Source of the DNA: Marsupella aquatica
Taxonomy: Eukaryota > Plantae > Marchantiophyta
Direction: 5' to 3'
DNA length: 64,000 nt
NCBI GenBank assembly: GCA_973895155.1
Contig: OZ316893.1
Span: 11,982,359 to 12,046,358, forward strand
A program made the position numbers and the translations under genes. Position 1 is the stretch's first letter. Every line of letters starts with the position of its first letter. The notes beneath the pieces are model-generated. The model made no database searches. It had not been told where the DNA came from and was given only the letters and a program-made list of their open reading frames with translations. Below are positions 1 to 11,862 of this stretch, piece after piece.

Positions 1-44
1 ACAAGCCCACATCTTCTTCTGTGGGCTCACACTCTTTCAGCACA

Positions 45-1808
45 ATGTCTAGCACAGGGAGCCAGGGTTTTGTGAGAGAAGGTTTTGGGAGGAGCAAAGG
101 CTCTGCCTTCCAGCCACCACGAGCAACTGTTGCCAACGAGCAGTACCGAGTTCCTGCTGAGAAGTTTCGCTTGAAGGATGAAGACTATGATCTCATAGTC
201 TCATACCTTGAGATCCCTGAGAACTTTGTAGCAATGCATGGATCAGGTAGGAGAACAAAGATTGGGCAGAATTACCAGTCTAAGGCCACTGTCATGAAGT
301 CCATGTTGGCTGCACTCATTCATCATGGTTTCCCCAAGGAAATCACTGCACCAAATCTGACGAAGTGATTCCAACGGTACAAATTGAGATACAAGCAAGC
401 TCTTGAAGTGAAGAATGGCACTGGAGCAGGGCTGATAGAGGAAGAGTCATTGGCTGGGATGACCTTGGAGGACAAATTCAACCGCCTCTGCCCTCATCCC
501 TGGGGAATCACTCGTTGGATTATTAGAACGGGGTGCGAACAAATGAAGGTTCTTTTTAATCTTGTTGGTGTAATAATTATAATCAAAAATTTGTACTAAA
601 GGCGTTTAAAAATCCAATTTTGGTAAAAATATTAGTTTTTATATTCAACAAGGTATTTAAAAATTTGTCAAAGCCATATAATCAAGGGTACAAGGGTATT
701 TTTAATTGAATTTATTTTTTAATTTGTTTTTTCAAATTTCATTGGTTTGTTCTCACGTGTTTTAGGGATTTTACTCTAAGTGATTCCCCAGGGGCCCTCA
801 TTTTGAGCGAATGCATGCTCTCTTTGGAGCTAGACCCAATGTTAACCCACCAATTGTTGGTGATGTTGGAGTTGAAAATCTTGACTTTATCATGACTGAA
901 GATGACTCTGGGGATGTGGAGATTGTCGATGATTGGGAGAACTCCTGCCCAAATATTGCACAGCAACACAGTCCAACCATAATCCTTGATGGTACAAGCT
1001 CTCCCATTCCTTTTTTGTTAATTATATTTTCGGATTCAGGATTCTGTGTTCACTGTAAAGTGCCTAACAAATGCATTCATCTCCATATTCTTCCTGGGGT
1101 GACACAGATACGCCTGCACCATCGCCAGCTCAATCTGTTCACACATCAACACCAACAGTGCATCACATTCCTACACCTTCAACTTTAGGACGAGCACCCC
1201 CAGTCGATGATGGCTTCTAGAAGGAAATGGAGGACATCGCCAGGGAAAACATTGGGGCTCATGTCACCAATTGCCTGTGTCAAGTTTGTACCAGGTTTGC
1301 AGGCATGAACACTGGGGAAAACGTGCCCCGCCCCACAGACAGTGCTACTTCAAGACCACGAACTGCCTCACCAATTCCTCCCACAGTCCTAGCCCCCTCG
1401 AAGAAGGGGCACAAGACTCCCGCGCAAGCGGCAAAGGAGGCCCAAAAGGAATTCAAGCCTTCCTTTTCAGCAATATACACTGAGAGAATCAACCTCAAAG
1501 CTGATTATCGAAGAGATTTGATCATAAGTCGTGACAAGTGGAAGACCCAAGACATTGTTGAGCGACGTGAAGCTAGAACCCAAGCTCAGGTTGAGGCTTC
1601 AGCCAAGCACCGGTTGGACAGGAAGCATCAACTGGCCTTAGAAGCCTTCTGTGCTGAGAACGCTTTGAAGAAAGTCAAAGCAGAGCAAGAACATGCAGAG
1701 AAGCTGGATAAAGCAAATAGGCGAACTACATTGTTGACCACTCTGTTAGGGTCCAACAAGTCTTCTGATGGGATCAAGGATCTTCTTCAGCTTCTAGATA
1801 AAGAGTAG
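45..1808 (+). pseudogene. Harbinger ORF1-type Myb/SANT-like DNA-binding protein with C-terminal coiled coil; disrupted
   Basis: Reads ...PNLTK*FQRYKLRYKQALEVKNGTGAGL...LEDKFNRLCPH|FERMHALFGARPNV once the MITE at 498-793 is removed. TGA at 366-368 is probably a former CGA. Charged coiled-coil tail in ORF 1227-1808. The structure between about 990 and 1230 is uncertain. Confidence 0.65.
498..793. mobile_element. 296-bp MITE with 15-bp TIR and 8-bp TSD
   Basis: TIR CCCTGGGGAATCACT (498-512) / AGTGATTCCCCAGGG (779-793). TSD GCCCTCAT at 490-497 and 794-801. AT-rich interior. Excision restores the host reading frame. Confidence 0.95.
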
Positions 1809-2174
1809 ATTGAACTATTAATAGTACATATTTGTAGAACCAGATCTGCATTTAGTAATGTACGTACTGCACAATGTACACAGCTTCACTTTACAATTGT
1901 GAATTAATAATGGGCAATGCAAACCTTGCATGTGTTTATCTTTTATTTTCAAACTCTGCATTCGTGTACAAAACAATGTCTCTCAACATCCTTCCTATGC
2001 TTTGACATTATATGCCGACACACCTGTATAAACTAACCTGGCAAACTACTACCAAAAATTACTCTTATTTGTTGTGAAACCAATCGTGAGAAACTTCCGG
2101 AATGCCGGAAATCCAGAATTCCGGTAAGCAAATTGGACTATGGATTGACGTCTAAATCGGTACTCGGTGTTCAA

Positions 2175-4959
2175 CTATTCAGCACTTTTTATGATCCTAA
2201 CATACTCAACCACTTCTGGTAATCTGACGGTCCCTTTACGAATGGCCTCAAGAATTTCTTCTCTCTTACCCTCATTATGAAAAGTTAAGGGCAAGGAATT
2301 AAACTGTCACTTATAGCCAAGCAAAGGGAGTTGCTTGTTAATGAACAGTTGGTGTACCCTAGTAGCTTCACGGTAAACTGTGAGGAAGTCTAAATTGCTG
2401 CAGGTATCATACTCCACAGTAGGAAATCGCCGGGGAAATCGCTCCCGAAATTTTTCCTCACTTGACATGATATCCACATAAGGTTCAAAGTCCACCATCA
2501 GTATGTCATAATATGTCCTGTACTCCAGCAATGTAGGAGTATAAATGTTGTCCCACATTCTCTGCAAATCCTCTGTCTTCATGTAATTGTAAACAGCAAT
2601 AGCTGGTGTCTTAGGATGGAATGTAATTGGATTCCCACCTTTAGGCCTCTCTGATTGCTCCAGAAAATCCAGCATGAAGAGCAGACAGTACGCTGGTAGA
2701 TTGCCACACTCAGCAATCAGCATTTCACTGTCAAACACTTTGAGATGATCACCGTACATTACCATCATTGACACTATCTCACGAAAATACTCCGTAACGT
2801 GCCACATATTCTAAAACTCCTGCTTTTGGATGAGGCTAGGACCCGAAGCACCTAATTTGAATATGTACAAGGCTTCCCTTCTCTTGGCAAAATAATAATG
2901 CCAGAACTCCTGCATAGGACTTTGGTATTGTTGAATAATTGAGCATGCCTCTACATATCTTGCTACTTCTTCTGCTGGTGTGGGTGAGGCAGGTGAATTG
3001 ATAGACACAATGTGTGTCTGAGCCTCTGAATCTCTTATCCAGTAACTGTTGCCACCATATTTGCTTTTATGAATGGGAACAGTACAATTCTCACAGCCCT
3101 CTGTGCAAATGTAATTGTCAAGGATGTGCTTCTGAAGAAATGCCATCTTCTCTCCTTCTGAGTCATCTTTGAGAAGACTCACCTCAGCTTCAGCTCCAGC
3201 CTCAAGGACATCCTCAGACACAAGCTCAGGGACATGCTTAGGGACATCCTGGGGGACATGCTCATGTGGCCTGGAGCATCATCTTCATAAACATGTTCTT
3301 TTGTTGGTGTAGCATTGGGAAGACTCCCTTGTGGAACAACGGGAGAGATTATGTCTACCTCTACCTCTGCCTCTGCCCATGCGTCATGTAGTGCTGTTAA
3401 TTGTGGACGTGCCTCATGGACACCATTATTGTCCATGAATTGGTTAGGGAGAAGTTGTGTGTCTACCTGTACCTGGACCTCTGCAACAGCCTCTGTGTCT
3501 ACAGTTGCCTCATGCACTGATGGAAACTCTGCCGCTCCAAGGTCATGGACAGGATTGTCCGTGCATTGCTCAGCCACATCACTATCTTGCACTGCCTCCA
3601 CAATAATAGGACTAAGTTCTCTTATGGTAAAGCTGGGACCTGACTCACCATTATTGTCAATTTCTGCATCTCCAAGTACTGTGGCATGTATTTTATTTGC
3701 ATCCACCAGCTTCTGTACTTCATTCACTATTTCTTGAGGACAACAACCCAACATAACAACCAGGTCACTAATGATCTTCTCATTGCCTTTTGCACCTACT
3801 GAACTTGGCGACTGTGAAGCAGACTGTACACCGGAAGTTGTTTCTGTGACATTATTGGGATTTGGCCGGCGGCTTTTCCTTTTTATGCTCATGTCTGCCA
3901 ACAGCTTCAAATTGTCATTCTCTGCCTCCAATATTGCAACTCTATCTCTTAAACTCTCCGCATCAGTGAATGGCCTTTGCATAGGAGAGTCCACTAGCCC
4001 TGTTTTGTCAGGAATGGCATCTTCCATTTCCTGTACTGGAACATCTATGTACTGGGGAACTTCACCAGGAATGGCATCTTCCATTTCCTATACTGGAACA
4101 TGTGTGTACTGGGGGACTTTGTCAGGAATGGCATCTTCCATTTCCTGTATCAGAACATTTGTGTACTAGGGGACTTCGTCAGAATTGGCTTTTGCCTCTA
4201 AATCATGATGTGGTTCATCACCTATTTCATCTTCCGACCCTTCATGACCGTGACTGTCATCCTCTGAATCCGAATTAGAGTCACATATACCAGTAATGTC
4301 AAGGTTTGCAAAGATACTTTGTCGTTCCTATTTTTCTTTTGGCAAGAGACAAGACCCATACCAATACAATTGGCCTAATACACTTGGAGGGATAAGTAAC
4401 ATTTTTTTTGCTTAACTGTGCTAGCTGCGACCTTATTACTGCAACCAAAATTAATCCCCAATTAGTTTTCCTCTGTTGTGTCCACGATGCTACAATGGTG
4501 TTGGCCAAGCTACACATAACTCGGCTCGGCCTCATTGGATGGAAAATTGGAATGAGATTTCAAGCGAAGCAGCATGTCAAGGTCACCGTTGTTGCAGTCA
4601 TTGATCTTGCACCCATCCTTGGTCCCAGGTGGGACAGAGAAATACGCCTCTAGGCAATGTTGGTGGCGCCTGAACATCCCCTCCCCCTCGGTTGAGATGC
4701 AGAATGCGTCTCCAACAAACTCATCTGTCCACTCGTCAGTTTGGCCTCTGATTGTACCCTCGAACCTGTCAGCAGTAATGCCGTCAATGATTTCTGCCAG
4801 CAGCGAAGGTGCTACGGCACCCCAGGGAACCATAAGTAATCCTTCCAGTACCATGATGCGAAGCATGCTCTGCATACATTTAAGACGACCCTCCATAGCA
4901 GGGAATCGAGGGGAAACTTCTCTCAATACCAAATCGTGGCTATTTTCTGGACTTTCCAT
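2175..4959 (-). pseudogene. Long decayed cargo ORF (about 900 aa) of unknown function inside the Harbinger element
   Basis: Chained minus-strand ORFs 4510-5094, 4299-4535, 3179-4084, 2811-3221 and 2307-2807 are joined by stops or frameshifts. N-terminal region: WTDEFVGDAF..GEG..YF..TKDGCKINDC..PSRV..LANTIVASW..RKTNWG. Followed by 19-aa repeats, a coiled coil (SLRDRVAILEAENDNLKLL), an acidic linker and a globular C-terminal region. Confidence 0.55.
4008..4190. repeat. 57-bp tandem repeat, about 3.2 copies (encodes MEDAIPGEVPQYIDVPVQE-like units on the - strand)
   Basis: Units begin at 4008, 4065, 4122 and 4179 (xCAGGAATGGCATCTTCCATTTCCT...). Confidence 0.9.
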
Positions 4960-6040
4960 TACGCCTGCCAAGGGGTACAGGATATAGGAAGTGTACACTA
5001 TGCGTGCCATAGAACATACGATGAATGAAATCTGCCACGACAATGGTTCAGGAAGTCCAAAATCCGGAAATAAACCAGGCAAAACAAGGATCAATGATGA
5101 GCGATTCCTCCTTCACAACCAACACTTCAAATCCACCAGGCGGGAAGGATGCTATGCACAATGTGTGTTGTTCCCAAAGTACGGATGTTTCCGTTCTACA
5201 TACCCATTTCAAATTTTGTAATTCCGGAATTACAAAATTCTGGCATTCCGGATATTTGGCACTTTGGAATGTATGTTTGGTGAAGACAGGGATATGGAAG
5301 TTTGTAGTAGTTTCATATTGATGTTTGGAGTAGTTTGATACTATTATTATTTTTGGGACAATCTAGTGATGAAGGGGTGAAGCAGCATTTGGGGTTTCTT
5401 TGGTTTGCATCATAATTTTCCTCATTATGTAACCTATATGGTACATGTTTGTTGGTCATGTACCTATCCATATTCAGAGGGAATTTTACCTAAGTTGGGG
5501 CAATTTGTGGTGTGGAGTGTTTTGGCATTTCTGTTTGTAATTTTGGTCGAGTCCTTTTCACTGAAACATCCACATGTTGGGAAAATTTATCCTAACTTTA
5601 TTTAAACACATATGTACACAATCATAAGTGCCCACATATTCAGTCGTTGAGTTCAGCGCATGGTGCCATGAAGGGAATGTAAAAAATAAATATAATGGAA
5701 TATGGTTCACACTTACAATAACAGGACTTCTCCATTCACATTTATTCCTCCAGCATTATTATTTGGCCTGCATGCTACCTACAATTGGACGGGAATTCTA
5801 TACTGCCAACTCCTTCTCTTGACCTTCCTAGTTTAAGCAGGGTCATTGTGCCCTGAGACACTTTACCTATGACAACAGAGACATGTTCAAGCCATTTACA
5901 GCAAGTGCTAATAATTAAGTGACATTTCAAGTACTCCCGACATAGAGACATCCACCCGGTTCTTTATGGAACTGCAATGCCCATTGCATGCTTTTGTTTT
6001 GTAAGGTAACACTCTGTGGTTGGGGTCGACCATGTCGAGG

Positions 6041-7400
6041 TCAAGGGTCTACTATGAAATCCACACCTTCATCTTCTGAGTCAACATTGTCAACTGTAAT
6101 CTCCTCATTATCATCAGTCCAGAGGTCGTTCCTATTAATGACAAAGTTGTGCAACCGTGCACACATTACAATCCACCTCACTAGAAAGAAGTTGTCTGCT
6201 TTTGATTTCAATTGGACTCGCATTTATCTTAGGGAGTACCACCATGATTTCAAGACACCAATGCAATGCTCATTTGTTACCCTGCACTTGGCCACACACA
6301 TGTTGAAGTCTTCACGGTCTGAGTTGCATTCTGCCCTTTTGTATGAGCAAACCAGGTGTGGCATGGACGCATACCCACTGTCTCCGAGAAGGTATTGACC
6401 ACGGCCAAAGAGAATGCCATCATTTTGTCTACGGAACAGTGAGGACTTCTTGTAGCATTGCAAGTCTGAACAAGAACCAGGCATACCTGTCATAGCAGTG
6501 AAATAATGTCAATCCCAGCAATGCAAAACCATGTACTCATGTGTAAAACTAAAGAGACATATGAAGAAGACACTGACCAGTGTAAAGGAAAAGGATTTTC
6601 CTTCTGTGGTCGTAAATAACTTGCGTGTTTATCAAGTACCGACACTTTCTATCGTAGTAGCACTCTCCAGAATCCTTTGGCCGTTGGGAAAGTGGAATGA
6701 GAGTCCCATCAATGAGGCCCACACACCTTGGGAAGCCTCTCTTTGAAAACTCCTCTAATATCTTTTGTCTTTCAGTACGATTAGGCCATCTCAAGTGGTC
6801 CTTCAATGCAGTTTCCATGGCAGTAAAACAACGAGTTGTGAAATTACAGAGAGATCCTGTACTAACTCCCCAAGTTGGAATGAGACGATTTAGACAAGCT
6901 CCATTGCCTTCATGTCCCAAACGATCCAAGGTAACAGCTAGCTGCCATTCCACTGGAGCCTGTTCATATGGTGAATCATTGACAAAAACTAGATGATCCT
7001 CAATTAGGTGTACTAAAGCAAAGAAAGAGGCTTTGTCCATTCTGGTCATCTGCCTGAATAATCTCGGTGGAAGTTTATCAAAAAACTGCAAGACAAACTC
7101 CCAAGATTTGATGGTGATAGTCTTATCAATAAAATATCTAGTGTTTTCCATTACACTGTACAACTCAAGCAGGTCATCTGAATTGCCCTCAAGGTCATAC
7201 ATGTCTGTCGTAGCCTCAGAGTCAGATGATGAATAAAAATCTTCGTTAGACGCAGAGTCTGTGGGTGTTGTAGCATCACTCCAATCGCCTTCACTCCTGG
7301 TATCTGGTTCTTCTTCACTAGAACTGTGCAGTACTATATTTAACATCAACATGTCTTTCACAGGCCGCATTGCTCTTTGGCGATTAGACATTCGAGGCAT
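6041..7400 (-). pseudogene. PIF/Harbinger (HARBI1-like, DDE_Tnp_4) transposase with one intron and an in-frame stop
   Basis: Motifs CVGLIDGTLIPL, YYDRKCRY, PGSCSD, YLLGDSGY, FN..AKCRVTNEHCIGVLK and CARLHNF. GT-AG intron at 6577-6487. TAA at 6224-6226 (SLR*MRVQL). Confidence 0.92.
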
Positions 7401-7816
7401 ATTTCTCCTTCATGCACAGAAAATGGACATGAGAAATTCAGACAATAGATGTAACATTTACAGTCCATACTGTATGTCATTGCATCTAAACATTTATTAC
7501 ACGTGAGAAAACTCAGTTGGGAGGTACAAAATTCCGGAATTATACTGAACCCTACACTGCTAGGGTACGTATGCTACTATCAATGACAAATGCAATGTGG
7601 GTTGCTACAGAAAAACTGATGATGCACGACGTGGTAATAATGTGGGAATTGCACAACACATCCTAGTCATCCAAATCCTGTAGGTTTAGCGCTCTAACAA
7701 GGTTGTCAATTGCTTCTCTGACTGGCTTAATTAATAGGAGTTTTCCCTTGGCTCGTGGAGGGTTTCTGTTGGGTACAACCAGAAGACTTTGGAGTACCGT
7801 GCCCAGGATTGGGTCT

Positions 7817-8689
7817 CTATAGAGCCACATGGGGACGAGCATCCATAAAACATAGATGCTCAACCTTTATTTCATATTCAGCAACCGACAGCCAGATCTT
7901 CACTCTCGGACATGGTTGAGTGAGAGCTAGGAGGTATTGAAGTTGTTCAATCTTGCCCTGGCCTGCAAATTCTTGGGGAGTGCACCCCATGAATATTGAG
8001 GCAACTTCCCACCTCGGGGGGGTCACTATATGGAGGGTCATACATCGCGTGCGACGTTTTAGGGTTTGACCCCCCTAACTTTAAAGTGAAAAATATTTTT
8101 TTGCAAAGCCCTTTCTTTCTTAAAATTTTGTCATTTTTTATTAAAAAACCCCTAAAAACTTTATAGAAAGTATTTTTTGCAATTAAATAGGCCTATGTGT
8201 TCTTTAAAGTCGACCAATCAATAAAACATGCCCTATGTGTTCTTCCACCAAACTTTGGAAGTCTTCCGCCACACCCATTTAAATGGGCCTATACTTCGCC
8301 GCACGTGATGTGTCACTTCCGTGGAAGTGACCCCCCCGAGCTTCCCACATCATGGCACTCAATGGTGCCGACCCAGCATGGACAGCATCACAGATGCGGA
8401 TATGGAATCTATAACTCATGCTAGGTGGCAGATCGTGGTCACACTTTGGACCACGCTCAAGGGACTTCTTGCATGTCCCCCCACTCTTCAGCCTTCTAGG
8501 GCACGAGGCATACACAAATTTTCGTGGATATGGATTCTCAGCTTCAAAATTCACTACCCAGGCTAGGCATGGATCAAAAGATACATTTTGGCCACTGGCC
8601 CTACTCTCCTCCACCTCAGCAAGGGATGTCCAAAGACCCATCTTCTGCAATCTACATACAGGAAGAACTGATTCAGGAAGTAATAACAA
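7817..8689 (-). pseudogene. RPA70 C-terminal-like OB-fold/zinc-ribbon ORF interrupted by a MITE
   Basis: FVYASCP..GTCKKSL..KCDH..YRFHIRICDA..AMMWE|VASIFMGCTPQEF matches the Y-x-A/S-C-P...C-x-K-K...C...Y...I-x-D...A..x.G pattern of Rep_fac-A_C. The frame is restored on removing 8013-8340 plus one TSD. Confidence 0.6.
8013..8340 (+). mobile_element. 328-bp MITE, copy A
   Basis: TIR CTCGGGGGGGTCACT / AGTGACCCCCCCGAG. TSD CTTCCCAC at 8005-8012 and 8341-8348. Confidence 0.95.
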
Positions 8690-8849
8690 AGTCGGAATAC
8701 ACTGTCAATTAATTTTACAAAGATTTCAAGCTGAACAACAACTGAAAGCACTCACCTTGCTGCTATTGTTGGAGTGAAGAAGCTCAAAACTTGTGATGAC
8801 AATGCAAATTTGAAACCTGGACGGAAGCCATATAAACACATTTGATATG

Positions 8850-9200
8850 ACAACGATGATTTTTCCTGAATTCTGGAAAACTGCATACAAACGCAATCTG
8901 TATTGTAACCAAACAACTATCGGAACCCAACAACTCACTTTGTTGCTCGAAAGTAGAAGAGGTACATAGCTCAAGCTTGTGTAATCCACGACGTGATGTC
9001 GATGCGCATGCTAATCCAATAACACAAGCCATACGACGACAACGTCAAGACGATGATTTTTCCGGAATCCCGGCAAATCTGCATACAAGCACATTCTCAA
9101 GCAGAACCAAACAACTGACCTGTTGCTCAAAATTAGAAGAGATTCAGCTCTAAGCAAGGCAAGCTGCGACCATACACAAGCCATTCGCAAGAAAATGTCA
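8850..9200. repeat. Degenerate ~200-bp tandem duplication
   Basis: ACGATGATTTTT..CTGCATACAA..AACCAAACAACT..TGTTGCTC..TAGAAGAG..CACAAGCCAT occurs twice, starting near 8853 and 9050. Confidence 0.7.
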
Positions 9201-10978
9201 CGACTTCATAAATCAGAAACTGTGAAATGTGCATACACACGAAACTTGAATTGCATCTGCAAAAACTTACTTATTGCTTGAAAAGATGGCGCTATCGATC
9301 TCGCGATGTGCAAGTTGGACCTCACGGATTGCAGGTTTAGGCTCGCGAAATGCAGTTGTGCCAGATTCACCACTCCTCTGTTGCGATCGCCATGGCACAG
9401 TTTTCTCCTCTCAGTCTTCGATGAGAAAGAGAGTGAGTTCAAAGTTTGGAACTGGCTACCTCACGACATTGGCACTACAGTCCAACAAAGGCACACAGTA
9501 TTCGCGCCAATGTTAACGGACTGTGGTTTAAGGTTATGACTAAAGGCAAAAGCACGTGGGGTTTCCTTACGGGAGCTCCCGTAACATGTGGCTTACGGGA
9601 GGGCCATAATGAGTTACGGCCTGGGTTTGAGACGCCCTATTGTGGTTCTTTGCAGTTGTCTACAACAGTACAGAGCTGGTCAAAGGACACTAAGCAAGTA
9701 CTAGTGTGGTTGTGGTCAAATTGATCATGGTGAGTTCATGAAATTGCTTCATTTTTACGAAACAACAACGGGCACTCATGACTCTGGACGCAGACTTGCA
9801 TTCCTGATTCAAATACAAGTTTTCAAAGAATTCCTTCCTGATTTAAATACAAGAATTCAAAAAATTCCCCAACTGAATGTGGTAATATACAATGTGCACC
9901 CATTGATTTAAAGAAAATAACAAGATAATCACACATCTAAATGTGGTTGTATACACTCATTGATTTAAAGAGAATAACAAGATTTATCATCCCATGAATG
10001 ATGTCATACACACTACATGTCATTTTTTGATGTGCAGTTACCATGACCCCAAGAATACCTGTAGGTATAGACATAATCTCTGCTGGCAAATTCCTTCTCC
10101 TGTAAATTGTGTCCTAAGTACAATCTATTCAATTGCACTTTGTTTGACCCCTATCAGTAAATTGGTCCTCTCATCTCTTACAAATTCAAAGGTTATCGCA
10201 GGTGTGGGGTATAACTCAACAACCTCTTTCCTCAATGTCTCACACTTTCAATGTCAAAGAGGTAATCTTTCTAATAAAATGCAACCAAAAGCTACAATAA
10301 GGGTGAATCTCCAGACTCTGACTCCATGGGCACCTGTTGGGGGTGGAACGGGAAACTGGTATGATAGTACTCACCATCTATTACAAGCAAAGCTTGAGCA
10401 TTCAAGCTAGTCTAGGACAATGCTAGCGTCTTCTCCCATCCATTAGAGTAGCGTGGTTGTCTTTTCTTCACAAAAACCCTCCTGATGAGCAGTACTGTAG
10501 TGGCATCCCCATTCATGCAACAAAAAAAACAATTGTCACAATTCTGGGCTCCTCATGACACCCTGAAAGGATTTTGGCATGTAAATCTTAAAAATATTCT
10601 TAGAATCCTGGTATAAGAGTATAAAAACTGCTATCAAAAGGAAAAATAGCAGAATGAAATTATGCTCCTGAGTTTTTTTCCTGGAATGAAAATAGTTAAT
10701 GTCTCCCCGCTACCTGTGCAAAACATTAGTATTGTTCAATCATTATGGAAGGTACCTTAAGGTGAACTTTTGCAGCAGGCATGGTCAACAGATCTGAAAG
10801 CCACGTTGCAGGGTTACATTTTAGAAGAAGCTGGAGGCATTAACAGGATCTCCTTTACATGTCATGGATCCAAGAAATATTCTAAGAATTATCCACTAGA
10901 TGAACCACTTGGCAAGTTCTTGAGTAGGGTAGAACCGGGGTTTTATTGGTGGGGATTGCATGGGCAACTGATGTTCTG

Positions 10979-11306
10979 CTCGGGGGGGTCACTTCCACGG
11001 AAGTGACACATCACGTGCGACGAAGTATAGGCCCATTTAAATGGGTGTGGCGGAAGACTTCCAAAGTTTGGTGGAAGAACACATAGGGCATGTTTTATTG
11101 ATTGGTCGACTTTAAAGAACACATAGGCCTATTTAATTGCAAAAAATACTTTCTATAAAATTTTTAGGGGTTTTTTAATAAAAAATGACAAAATTTTAAG
11201 AAAGAAAGGGCTTTGCAAAAAAATATTTTTCACTTTAAAGTTAGGGGGGTCAAACCCTAAAACGTCGCACGCGATGTATGACCCTCCATATAGTGACCCC
11301 CCCGAG
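10979..11306 (-). mobile_element. 328-bp MITE, copy B (inverted, near-identical to copy A)
   Basis: Same TIRs as copy A. Own TSD ATGTTCTG at 10971-10978 and 11307-11314. I saw only about two substitutions relative to copy A. Confidence 0.95.
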
Positions 11307-11525
11307 ATGTTCTGTCTGCATAGGAACTTTTATTGGAGAGGGAGTAAAAATCATAATAATTACAGTAATAAATTTAGGTGGAATGGGTAAAATTTGCCAC
11401 AGTTGCCACTTTCGCTTAAACTTAGGCAAGCTTTTTGTCTTTAACTAGCCAGTTTCCCATGTAGCCACAGACCCCAGTAGCCATTTGTCTTCATTTAGCC
11501 AGTTTCCAAATTAGCCAAAATAGTT

Positions 11526-11862
11526 TTTTACTAATCTATCCTCTAAACTACCCAATATTATTAACATGTCCCCCTAAACAAAATTAATTATTAACCTGTC
11601 CCCCATTTTGTATTTGGGTTAATATTTACTTGCATATGGGTTCCTGTAGCCAAGTGGAGCCCGAGGTGGAGCCAAGGAAGGGGGACGAAGGGGTGTCAAG
11701 GTGGGCTCTGGCTATCCAGTAGCAACTTGTCACATGGCAATGTGAACCCATATACAAGTTAATATTAACCCAAATATAAAATGAGGAATATGTTGATAAT
11801 TAATTTTGTTTTGGGACACTTTAACAATATTAGATAATTTGGGGGATAGGTTAATAAAATTC
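11526..11862. mobile_element. Degenerate fold-back/MITE-like inverted repeat
   Basis: 11526-11643 (...AACAAAATTAATTATTAAC...TATTTGGGTTAATATTTACTTGCATATGGGTTC) is reverse-complementary to 11744-11862 (GAACCCATATACAAGTTAATATTAACCCAAATA...AATTAATTTTGTT). No clear TSD. Confidence 0.65.

Larger units (their letters stand above)
1..9637. mobile_element. Large PIF/Harbinger DNA transposon; left end lies outside the window; decayed, with cargo ORFs
   Basis: Convergent Myb/SANT-like ORF (+) and HARBI1-like DDE transposase (-). Candidate right terminus ...GGGTTTGAGACGCCC|TAT at 9637 (reverse complement GGGCGTCTCAAA resembles PIF/Tourist TIRs), with subterminal TTACGG repeats at 9568-9620. The right end is inferred because the partner TIR is not visible. 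Confidence 0.65.

Noticed and set aside
4008-4190. CRISPR-like array (also considered 54309-54398 and 63390-64000)
   Set aside because: The units are contiguous tandem repeats with no unique spacers, there are no cas genes, and the context is eukaryotic.
8013-11306. One 3.3-kb element with 328-bp TIRs
   Set aside because: Each 328-bp unit has its own short TIRs and its own different 8-bp TSD, so these are two independent MITE insertions.
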